The translations under genes were made by a program, and so were the position numbers. A model generated the notes under the pieces. That model was given only the letters and a program-made list of their open reading frames with translations. It made no database searches and had not been told where the DNA came from. A DNA stretch of 64,000 bases from Yuukianura sp. NJ FZ-2021 (lineage: Eukaryota): contig JAJCTO010000017.1 in NCBI GenBank assembly GCA_046563655.1, forward strand, positions 62,001 through 126,000, read 5' to 3'. Shown here in pieces: positions 47,238 through 58,462 of the stretch. Each line of letters begins with the position of its first letter. Within the stretch, counting starts at the first letter, position 1.

Positions 47238-48427
47238 TCACCTTTCAATTAGCATGCCATCGTTGGTAAAGGTTTCGACGTAGCCCTTCTTGAGCTTTTT
47301 GGTCATTAGCTTTTTGACGTCACCAGAACGTTTCTTTTGAATTGTCCCCAGGTAGTATGTTTTCCGAGCGGCGAGATACTTTACCAAACCAGGAGAAGAG
47401 AACCAGTTATCGGCGATAATCGTGTGACCCTTCTCAAAGTATCCGTTTTCCAATAGGCTGACTATGGTTGACCCGCCAATGCCGAACGCAGATGTCACTG
47501 GGTTTCGCGGAAACCCCTTTCCTTGATAAGGGATAAGACCGATGACTGCTTTGGTTTCGCAGTCCACCAAAACAAAAAACTTTACACCAAATCGTGCTCG
47601 TTTTGTTGGAATATATTGCTTTATGGACAGGCGCCCCTTGAAAGGCATCAAAGACTCGTCGATAGAGAGAAATTCTGACGGCTTCACAAACCTTCTAAAT
47701 CGAGATAGGAAGTGGTCCAGGACAGATCCCAGTTTGACAAATCTGTTCGTGTTGTTTGGTAAAATTGTCCTCTGATTGACAAAATGAAGACTTCTGAGGA
47801 TATCTAGATATCGAGATCTGGACATTGTTTTGCCAAAAATGGGTGTAGCCAAAAGTTCGTCTCGCTTCCAGTAGTCTTTTAGATCTGCCTTTTTTACAAT
47901 TCCCATCAAAGACGATAAGGCCATGAATTTCCAGGTTACGGTGAGTATAAGTTACGGTGAAAAGTCCCAAGATTTTTCTGGAATGGTTCCACTTTCGGAT
48001 CAAAGGTCAATCCATTTTGCCAATTCGAGATAGTGACTCTCTGCCGCCGAAGAGGTGGTGGTCTTCGAAGTGGTAGCACTGGTTTACGCTTCCTGATTCT
48101 TGTAATTGGCGATAACCCATCCACAAGATCTTGTGGATTTTGTGAATCGTCTTCGTTTTCCAGTTCAACGTTAGAATCATTTGGTGAGTCAATCTCTTCA
48201 TAAATGTCGCCGGAAGACTGTTCGTCGTCTGCGGAAGAACTTTCAGTGTCCGAATCTTCAGTGTCACTTGTGTCCTCGTTGCCTGAGTTGTCCGACATGG
48301 GATTGAGTATATCCTCTCCGTCTTCATTATCTAATAAAAACATATTGTCATAATTTTCGGGAAAGAATTCGTACTTACATAGTATTCTTGAATAACTCAC
48401 CAGAATCCATTTTGAAAAATCGTTCAA
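47238..48427 (-). pseudogene. piggyBac transposase fragments, copy 2
   Basis: Same two ORFs as copy 1, with one substitution (FLCID to FLSID). Confidence 0.88.
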
Positions 48428-48777
48428 ATCCTTTGGACACAGATTATCACTCCTCGATTACTTTTGATTACATAAAAATGTGAGGCAATATGCTTATTCT
48501 AGTGCTTCTTTAGTTAAGAATGTTTTCAGGAATTCAAAACTGGAGAAAAAAGAAACTCCCGCAAAAGCAAAGCCAAAAGCCGATATTTCGGTCGTTGGTC
48601 TCCTGAGCTTTTTTTCAAAAGCCGATATTTCGGCTCTTGGGCTCAGGAGACTGCAAAACTTTGCCGAAATATCGGCTTTTGGTCTAGTGAGCAAAAATAA
48701 ACAAACCGAAATATCGGTTCTCGGGCTACCAAGGGAAACAAACAAAGCCGATATTTCGGCTTTCGGTACTCAAGAGG

Positions 48778-49598
48778 TTAATGAAAAAAATGATTTTTTG
48801 GTGAAAAATTGAGTCTGGAACACTTCAGATGGGCTTTCACAAGCATAATTTCGGTTTGCAGTTTTGACTCCTCAGATAGCCCAGAATGACTTTTTGGTGA
48901 GTTTTAAATGAAAAAAATGGATTTTACGGAGAAAAATTGAGCTTGGAACACTTCAGATGGGCTTTCAGAAGCATAATTTCGGTTTGCAATTTTGACTCCT
49001 CAGATAGCCCAAAATGACTTTTTGGTGAGTTTTAAATGAAAAAAAAATGGATTTTTCAGAGAAAAATTTAGCTTGGAACACTTCAGATTGGCTTTCACAA
49101 GCATAATTTTGGTTTGCAATTTTCACTCCTCAGATAGCCCTGAATGACTTTTTTGTGAGTTTTAAATGAAAAAAATGGATTTTTCGGAGAAAAATTGAGC
49201 TTGGAACACTTCACATGGGCTTTCAGAAGCATAATTTCGGTTTGCAATTTTGACTCCTCAGATAGCCCAGAATGACCTTTTTGTGAGTTTTAAATGAAAA
49301 AAAAATGGATTTTTCGGAGAAAAATTGAGCTTGGAACACTTCAGATGGGCTTTCACAAGCATAATTTCGTTTTGCAATTTTGACATCTCAGATAGCCCAG
49401 AATGACTTTTTGAAGAGTATTTAATGAAAAAAATGATTTTTTGGTGAAAAATTGAGTCTGGAACACTTCAGATGGGCTTTCACAAGCATAATTTCGGTGT
49501 GCAGTTTTGACTCCTCAGATAGCCCAGAATGACTTTTTGGTGAGTTTTAAATAAAAAAAAATGGATTTCTCGAAGAAAATTGAGCTTGGAACACTTCA
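48778..49598. repeat. 128-bp satellite, terminal segment
   Basis: Ends mid-monomer at GGAACACTTCA. Confidence 0.96.
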
Positions 49599-51397
49599 TG
49601 GTTGAGTCACATCTCCGTTCTTTGGAAAGTTTGGGTGTGACAGTGGAGCAGATGGTCATTTTTCTTTACCCGATGGTCGAATCAAGCTTACCCGAAGACA
49701 TCCTCGTGGCATGGCAGAGAAGCACGAATTTTGGCAAAGACGGTAGTACCGAAAATCCACCGAAGTCGGAGCTTGATTTTCTTCTGGACTTCCTCAAAGT
49801 GGAAGTTGAAAATGAGGAGCAGAGAAAACTGGCTAAAACGGGATTCCAAGGTGCAACTGAAAAACGATCCCAGCGAAAGAAAGAAGCAGATGAGGAAGAT
49901 ACCCCCACTGCTGCTGGTTTGTTTAGTGGGTCAAATTCGTGCATTTTCTGTGACAAGGGGCATAACAGTCAAGACTGTTTTAAAGCCATGAAGATGAGCA
50001 TTGAAGACAAAAGGAAGAGGCTGAAGTTAAAGGGTGCATGTTTCATATGTCTCAGAACTGGTCATCTTTCAGCGAAATGTCATTCAAAAGTGAAGCGTTC
50101 ATCATGTGGTAAACGACATTGGGCAGTGATGTGTTATGGAGGGGAGAAGGCAACGGAGATGGCAACGGAAGTGAAACAGAATGCCGAAAGTACACCCAGT
50201 ACACAAACAAATTTGAGCTGTTCCAGTGAAGTCATTCTTCGTACTTTCATTCTTAAAGTCAAGAATCCTGCCAACAAGAAATGGAAGAAAGTTAGAGTCC
50301 TGTTGGACTGTGGCTCTCAAAAGTCTTACATTTTGAAGCGAACAGCTGAGGAACTTGGTTTGATTTCACTGAAAAGCCTCAAAGTTAACCATGTCGTGTT
50401 TGGTGGTGGTAAAATTAGAGATGTGGCTCACGAGTTGTATTCAGTTATTTTGGAAAACTTATCTTGTTCTTTTTCCAGTGAACTTTTGGTGATGGATCAT
50501 GAACAGATTTGTGGTGTAGTTCCCCGACTGACTCAAGGATTTTGGAAATCACAGTTGAAGAAAAGGGGAATTCGAATCAACGATTCAGAAGAGTGCAATC
50601 CATCCCAAATTGAAGTTCTCATTGGTGCAGATGTCTTAGGAAGTCTCTTGACCGGGAACATAGTGCAACTGTCGACAGGACTGACCGCCACTGAGACACG
50701 GTTTGGATGGTGCTTAATGGGACAGGAGAGACAAATTGAAATTTCCGAAGAGCAGATTGGTATGACAGTGCTGACAATGACTGTTTCAAGTTCGTCTGTC
50801 ACTGAATTGTGGAAATTAGAAACTCTCGGTATTCGTGATCCCATTGAAGTCAAGACACAAGAAGAACGAGCAAGTTTGGCTTATGATCATTTCTTACAAA
50901 CTGTGAAGAAGAATGAAGACGGGCGCTACTCTGTCTGCCTACCATGGGTGGATAGAGAGATGGCGATTCCAACAAATCGACTGGTAGCAGAAAAACGTTT
51001 GGAGTCGACCACCCAAAAATTGAAAGCTTTGAACAAGTTTGAAGATTATGATTCCATTTTCAAAGCATGGGAGACGGAAGGAATCATTTCAAGAATTGCC
51101 TCAGAAGAAGCTGACGATGAGAAGAGGAAGTGTCACTACTTACCGCATCGAGCAGTTCTAAAAGAGGAGAGCAAAACGACACCCATCCGACCGGTATTCG
51201 ATGCGTCATGCAAAGTCGGAAGAGCTCCATCCTTGAACGAATGTTTGGAGAAGGGCCCGAACTTACTAGAAGTGATCCCTTCATTACTCATGAGATTTCG
51301 CATGAAGAAGATCGGGGTCATCGCCGACATTCGTAAGGCTTTCCTTATGATTGAAATCCAAAAGGAAGAACGTGATTGTGTTCGTTTTTTGTGGTGA
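49599..51397 (+). pseudogene. gag-pol: BEL/Pao Gag C-terminus, protease, RT N-terminus
   Basis: CIFCDKGHNSQDC, CFICLRTGHLSAKC, LLDCGSQKSYI, LIGAD, GRYSVCLPW, YLPHRAV, RPVFDAS, ADIRKAFL. Confidence 0.9.
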
Positions 51398-53096
51398 GCA
51401 CAATCGTGTGGTTTTTGGGATGAATTGCTCGCCGTTTCTTCTAGGAGCAGTCATCAGTCATCATTTACACCAAAAGGAAAAGGAATTTCCTGAAATTGTC
51501 AAATTGTTGCGAAATTGTCTTTATGTGGATAACTGTGTCCTTTCCTTGGATTCTTTCAGTGATCTAGTGAAGTTCAAACAAATCTCTACACGGCTGTTAG
51601 ACGAAGCAAAAATGGACCTACGCCAATGGGAGAACACTGGTGACGACACGGAAGATAAAGTGACTAATGTCCTTGGGTTGAAGTGGAACAAGTGTCAGGA
51701 CTCGTTGTTTTGTGCTCCACTGACTGGTGATTTGCCAGAGAAGATAACGAAGAGAGTTATTTTGTCCAAACTACAGCAGATCTATGACCCGTTAGGTTTT
51801 TTGAGTCCAGTGTTACTTCCGCCGAAACTTCTTTTACAGAAGTCATGGGTAGAGAATCGGCAGTGGGAAGATGAGATCACTGGAGAAATGAAGCATGAGT
51901 TTGTTAATTGGTGGACTAATGTACTTCCTTTATTGACACTTTTCAGAATTCCGCGGAAGTGTACTGGAGCGGCTGAGAACAATGGGCAATTTCAACTCCA
52001 TGTATTTTCGGACGCCAGTAAAGTCGCTTACAGTGCAGTGGTTTTTCTGAGAGTGAAGACGGACTCAGAAGTGTCAGTTCAGCTGATTCAATCAAAATCT
52101 CGTGTGGCACCTCTCAAGAAGTCAACTATCCCTCGACTAGAACTGCTAGGATGTTCGATTGCGGCTCGGCTCCTCTCAACTGTCACAAAGGCTCTGGAAC
52201 TGGAAAAAGTGCCAGTGACTTTCTGGAGTGACTCCACCACAGCCCTATCTTGGATTCGGCGTAGTGACGAATGGGGAACGTTTGTCGGCAATCGAGTTAA
52301 TGAGATAGTGAGATTGACGGACGGTGGGAGATGGAGACATGTTCCTGGCCACGTAAATCCTGCCGACCTTCCCTCAAGAGGAATCGATCCAGAAAAATAC
52401 CTGGAGTTGAAATGGTGGGAGGGACCATCATGGTTGAAATTAGATGAAGCTGAATGGCCGAATTCGGAACCGAACGCAAATGAAGAAGAGATCGGGCGTG
52501 AACGGAAGAAGAGTGTTGTGACAGCATTGAACTGTAACTTGCCTACTCCTTTGTGGTACGTTCGAAAGAATTCATACATTGGTAGTCTTCGTATTTTGGC
52601 TTTCGTCCTTCGGTTCATTGGCAAAACGAGGAAGACTTCCAGTGATGGAGGAACGACACTGACAACTTCTGAAATTTGCAATGCTGAACTCAAGATTTGG
52701 AAGTTAGTGCAAGTGGAAGTATTTCCGGCTGAGACGACAGTACTAAGTGGAGTGAGAGTGGGAAAGTGTCTTGACGGACTCTTCCGAGTGACAACTAAAA
52801 TTACACGACGTCAAGACAATGAGGAATTCAAAATTCCAATTGTTGTTCCCAGCAATCACCCACTTGTGGACTTGTTGATTCGTGATGAGCATATATTTAA
52901 CTGTCATGCTGGTGCTCAATTTGTTCTTTGCTCACTGCGAGAAAGATTTTGGATCCTGAAGGGTAGACTGGCTGTGAAGAAACAGCTCAAGAAGTTACGT
53001 GCCAGAGATTTACAGCTAAAATTTCAACAGTTCCCTGTGCAATACTGCCAGAAGACCGTGTCAAAGATGTGGGGGCCTTTGAGGTCACAGGGGTAG
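51351..53096 (+). pseudogene. pol: BEL/Pao RT core, RNase H, integrase zinc-finger region
   Basis: RVVFG..SPFLL, YVDN, YDPLG, FSDAS, PRLELLG, WSDS, NPADLPSRG, WWEGP; deletion after RFLW. Confidence 0.9.
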
Positions 53097-54107
53097 ATTT
53101 GGCCGGCCCTTTAGTACTCCAGTGCAAGAAGAAAGTGTGGATAGTGATCTACACTTGTGCCGTATTCCGAGCGGTTCATTTGGAATTAGTAGAATCGCTT
53201 TCAACTGATGATTTTCTTTTGTCATTCGTCAGGTTTTCAAAACGGAAGAGGAGGCCAGCCGTTGTCTAGGTTAGGTTGACCTGACAACGGAACCAATTTC
53301 CATGGAGCCGACAACCTCTTCAAAACGGTCAACTGGAGAGAAGTTGAGAAAAGAACGAAGCACATGAGAATCCTTTGGAAGTTCAACCCTCCTGCTGCAC
53401 CGTGGTGGGGAGGTTGGTGGGAGCGGCTGATTCGGACGCTCAAGGATCTCTTGAAAAGGATGTTGGGATTTGGAAAATTGTCGTACGTTCAACTGGAAAC
53501 TTGTCTTTGTGAAGTTGAAGCGACAATGAACAACCGACCTCTGACCTACGTCACAGAAGATCCCGAAGATCTCGTTCCACTGACACCAGCGATGTTTTTG
53601 CACAATTTACCAAACAGTGATGTGCCAGAATCAAAGTTCGTGAAAGTGGACACCTTGGGAAACAGAAAGAAACGACTCGACGTTATGCTGCAGGAGCTGA
53701 GGGAACGATTTCGTAAAGAATACCTCAGTCTACTGATCCAGAAGAAGGCAAAAGGAACAGTTCGTGAGTTTCGAGTCGGAGATTGTGTTCTGATCGGACA
53801 CGAAAATCAGAAGAGGATCCTTTGGCCCATGGGTCGTATCGTGGAATTGATGCCTGGACATGATGGAGTACATCGAGTCGCTAAACTGAAGTGCGAGAAC
53901 GGATTCCTGGTGAGGCCGCTGCAGCGTCTATATCCACTGGAGTTTCCACTAGAAGATCCTGGAGTTGATGTATTCGAGAAAAAAGTCAAGATGAAGCCTC
54001 CAGTGAAGACATCTACACCGATTTTGGAAGCAGAAACTGACGGTGTGGTGAAAGAGACACGATCCGGTAGACAGGTTCGAAAGCCAGTACGTTTCGGCGA
54101 AGTTTAG
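53069..54107 (+). pseudogene. pol: BEL/Pao integrase core and C-terminal domain (interrupted at ~53265-53280)
   Basis: GVDLAGP, RAVHLELV, DNGTNF, PWWGGWWER, NNRPL, LTPAMFL, WPMGRI, RPLQRLYPLE. Confidence 0.9.
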
Positions 54108-54210
54108 GCATGATTTTGATTTTAAATTTTGATTGTTAATACTAGAGTTAATGTGCTTGGCTATGTTTGGTTTCTTTTGTTAAGGTCTCACAAAAGAAAG
54201 GTGGGAGTTG

Positions 54211-54587
54211 TGTTAAAATACGTTAAAATTATTTAAGTTATGTTATTAATTTTTCGACTAATTTTTAGAACATTTTTGAGAACTCTGTAAGTTTCGTTTG
54301 ATTTGAGATATTGGCGGTTCATTCAAAGTTGGCATTTTTCAACCGTTACTTTTTTGGGTATTTTTAGAGATGGTAAAAAAAAAAACAAGAAGAGGAGTTG
54401 GTTTTTTCCCTGAGAATTGTTACTTGTTTTAATTGGTAAAATAAATTGGTTAAATTTGAACATATTCAATACCACTGACTTGATTAGGGCCATTCTGATA
54501 GCTTTTTCAAGTTAGTAAAAGTCAAACGTTAGGTTCCGACATAAACGAAAAGTGACCTTTGACCGAGGAGGACCTAGGCATTTTACA
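54211..54587 (+). repeat. 3' LTR of BEL/Pao element
   Basis: Follows the purine tract; TGTTAAAA...TTTTACA termini; contains AATAAA; abuts the 510-bp repeat. The start could be 54209. Confidence 0.75.
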
Positions 54588-57500
54588 CCGCTCATACCAA
54601 AATTCTTGGTATTCATCAAATAACGGTCCACTTCGTCGTAGTGCATAACTGACTAAATCACACGTTGAAAAACATGTTGTCAGCCTCCATCCTTGAGCTT
54701 AAACTAGAAGTGCCGGTGAAGTGTCAAGCATGCCTTCACTTCACATGCAAACCATGCGTTCTCACTTTGACACCATGAATCATATAACTCACACGTCGAT
54801 GGAACTTCAGGGAAAAACCGACTATTACATTTTCTAAATCAAAATTGAACATTCAGCATTTTTGGCCGTTTCTGGATACAATTTTTGGAAAATACTTTTT
54901 TATATTTCCTACCGACTTGCACATTAAATAGATCATGTCTGAAAACTTCTGCATAACAATAGTCCAAAATTGTATTTTAGCACAGCTCCACCATACAACA
55001 AGTGCATAAGTCTAACAACGATTTAGGTTTAACTTAGGGTTGAAACTATACAACAAGGTGTTAAACGTTCTGAAAAATGGAATTTATGCCTTGTTACCGC
55101 TCATACCAAAATTCTTGGTATTCATCAAATAACGGTCCACTACGTCGTAGTGCATAACTGACTAAATCACACGTTGAAAAACATGTTGTCAGCGTCCATC
55201 CTCGAGCTCAAGCTAGAAGTGCCGGTGAAGTGTCCAGCTTGCCTTTATGTCCAGATGCAAACCATGAGTTCTCACTTTGACACCATGAATCATGATAACT
55301 GACACGTCGATGGAACTTCAGGGAAAAACCGACTATTACATTTTTTAAATCAAAATTGAACATTCAGCATTTTTGGCCATTTTTGGATAAAATTTTTGGA
55401 AAATACTTTTTTATATTTCCTACCGACTAGCACATTAAATACATCATGTCTGAAAACTTCTGCCCAACAATAGTCTGAAATTGTTATTTAGCACAGCATC
55501 ACCATACCACAAGTGCATAAGTCTAACTACGATTTAGGTTTAACTTACGGTTGAAACTATACAAGGTGTTAAACGTTCTGAAAAATGGAATTTATGCCTT
55601 GTTACCGCTCATACCAAAATTCTTGGTATTCATCAAATAACGGTCCACTTCGTCGTAGTGCATAACTGACTAAATCACACGTTGAAAAACATGTTGTCAG
55701 CCTCCATCCTTGAGCTTAAACTAGAAGTGCCGGTGAAGTGTCAAGCATGCCTTCACTTCACATGCAAACCATGCGTTCTCACTTTGACACCATGAATCAT
55801 ATAACTCACACGTCGATGGAACTTCAGGGAAAAACCGACTATTACATTTTCTAAATCAAAATTGAACATTCAGCATTTTTGGCCGTTTCTGGATACAATT
55901 TTTGGAAAATACTTTTTTATATTTCCTACCGACTAGCACATTAAATAGATCATGTCTGAAAACTTCTGCATAACAATAGTCCAAAATTTTTTTTTAGCAC
56001 AGCATCACCATACCACAAGTGCATAAGTCTAACTACGATTTAGGTTTAACTTACGGTTGAAACTACACAACAAGGTGTTAAACGTTCTGAAAAATGGAAT
56101 TTATGCCTTGTTACCGCTCATACCAAAATTCTTGGTATTCATCAAATAACGGTCCACTTCGTCGTAGTGCATAACTGACTAAATCACACGTTGAAAAACA
56201 TGTTGTCAGCCTCCATCCTTGAGCTTAAACTAGAAGTGCCGGTGAAGTGTCAAGCATGCCTTCACTTCACATGCAAACCATGCGTTCTCACTTTGACACC
56301 ATGAATCATGATAACTCACACGTCGATGGAACTTCAGGGAAAAACCGACTATTACATTTTTTAAATCAAAATTGAACATTCAGCATTTTTGGCCATTTTT
56401 GGATAAAATTTTTGGAAAATACTTTTTTATATTTCCTACCGACTAGCACATTAAATACATCATGTCTGAAAACTTCTGCCCAACAATAGTCTGAAATTGT
56501 TATTTAGCACAGCATCACCATACCACAAGTGCATAAGTCTAACTACGATTTAGGTTTAACTTACGGTTGAAACTATACAACAAGGTGTTAAACGTTCTGA
56601 AAAATGGAATTTATGCCTTGTTACCGCTCATACCAAAATTCTTGGTATTCATCAAATAACGGTCCACTTCGTCGTAGTGCATAACTGACTAAATCACACG
56701 TTGAAAAACATGTTGTCAGCCTCCATCCTTGAGCTTAAACTAGAAGTGCCGGTGAAGTGTCAAGCATGCCTTCACTTCACATGCAAACCATGAGTTCTCA
56801 CTTTGACACCATGAATCATGAGAACTCACACGTCGATGGAACTTCAGGGAAAAACCAACTATTACATTTTCTAAATCAAAATTGAACATTCAGCATTTTT
56901 GGCCATTTCTGAATAGAAATTTTGGAAAATACTTTTTTATATTTCCTACCGACTAGCACATTAAATACATCATGTCTGAAAACTTCTGCACAACAATAGT
57001 CTGAAATTGTTATTTAGCACAGCATCACCATACCACAAGTGCATAAGTCTAACTACGATTTAGGTTTAACTTAGGGTTGAAACTATACAACAAGGTGTTA
57101 AACGTTCTGAAAAATGGAATTTATGCCTTGTTACCGCTCATACCAAAATTCTTGGTATTCATCAAATAACGGTCCACTACGTCGTAGTGCATAACTGACT
57201 AAATCACACGTTGAAAAACATGTTGTCAGCGTCCATCCTCGAGCTCAAGCTAGAAGTGCCGGTGAAGTGTCCAGCTTGCCTTTATGTCCAGATGCAAACC
57301 ATGAGTTCTCACTTTGACACCATGAATCATGATAACTGACACGTCGATGGAACTTCAGGGAAAAACCGACTATTACATTTTTTAAATCAAAATTGAACAT
57401 TCAGCATTTTTGGCCATTTTTGGATAAAATTTTTGGAAAATACTTTTTTTATATTTCCTACCGACTAGCACATTAAATACATCATGTCTGAAAACTTCTG

Positions 57501-58462
57501 CCCAACAATAGTCTGAAATTGTTATTTAGCACAGCATCACCATACCACAAGTGCATAAGTCTAACTACGATTTAGGTTTAACTTACGGTTGAAACTACAC
57601 AACAAGGTGTTAAACGTTCTGAAAAATGGAATTTATGCCTTGTTACCGCTCATACCAAAATTCTTGGTATTCATCAAATAACGGTCCACTTCGTCGTAGT
57701 GCATAACTGACTAAATCACACGTTGAAAAACATGTTGTCAGCCTCCATCCTTGAGCTTAAACTAGAAGTGCCGGTGAAGTGTCAAGCATGCCTTCACTTC
57801 ACATGCAAACCATGCGTTCTCACTTTGACACCATGAATCATGATAACTCACACGTCGATGGAACTTCAGGGAAAAACCGACTATTACATTTTTTAAATCA
57901 AAATTGAACATTCAGCATTTTTGGCCATTTTTGGATAAAATTTTTGGAAAATACTTTTTTATATTTCCTACCGACTAGCACATTAAATACATCATGTCTG
58001 AAAACTTCTGCCCAACAATAGTCTGAAATTGTTATTTAGCACAGCATCACCATACCACAAGTGCATAAGTCTAACTACGATTTAGGTTTAACTTACGGTT
58101 GAAACTATACAACAAGGTGTTAAACGTTCTGAAAAATGGAATTTATGCCTTGTTACCGCTCATACCAAAATTCTTGGTATTCATCAAATAACGGTCCACT
58201 TCGTCGTAGTGCATAACTGACTAAATCACACGTTGAAAAACATGTTGTCAGCCTCCATCCTTGAGCTTAAACTAGAAGTGCCGGTGAAGTGTCAAGCATG
58301 CCTTCACTTCACATGCAAACCATGAGTTCTCACTTTGACACCATGAATCATGAGAACTCACACGTCGGTGGAACTTCAGGGAAAAACCAACTATTACATT
58401 TTCTAAATCAAAATTGAACATTCAGCATTTTTGGCCATTTCTGAATAGAAATTTTGGAAAAT
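54588..58462. repeat. ~510-bp tandem repeat array
   Basis: CCGCTCATACCAAAATTC at 54588, 55097, 55605, 56114, 56624, 57134, ~57645, ~58156. Confidence 0.97.

Larger units (their letters stand above)
45514..48777 (-). mobile_element. piggyBac DNA transposon, defective, copy 2
   Basis: TTAA TSD and the same TIRs; near-identical to copy 1 but lacking one ~97-bp internal repeat unit. Confidence 0.95.
49599..54587 (+). mobile_element. BEL/Pao LTR retrotransposon, 5'-truncated and degenerate
   Basis: Starts mid-gag; three Cys/His knuckles; PR-RT-RH-IN order; PPT at ~54192-54207; a single 3' LTR. Confidence 0.93.

Noticed and set aside
1..49598. Constant core with alternating tails, resembling a CRISPR repeat-spacer array
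   Set aside because: The tails are only two recurring variants rather than unique spacers, there are no cas genes, and the context is eukaryotic TEs.
49580..49600. Apparent satellite-gag fusion ORF start (MSLEHFM)
   Set aside because: The TTG start is in satellite sequence and the frame is open by chance across the breakpoint.
54588..55100. 510 bp is about 4x128 bp, suggesting shared ancestry of the two satellites; also considered 5S rDNA or tRNA units
   Set aside because: I see no sequence similarity between the monomers, no clear 128-bp sub-period, and no 5S or tRNA motifs.
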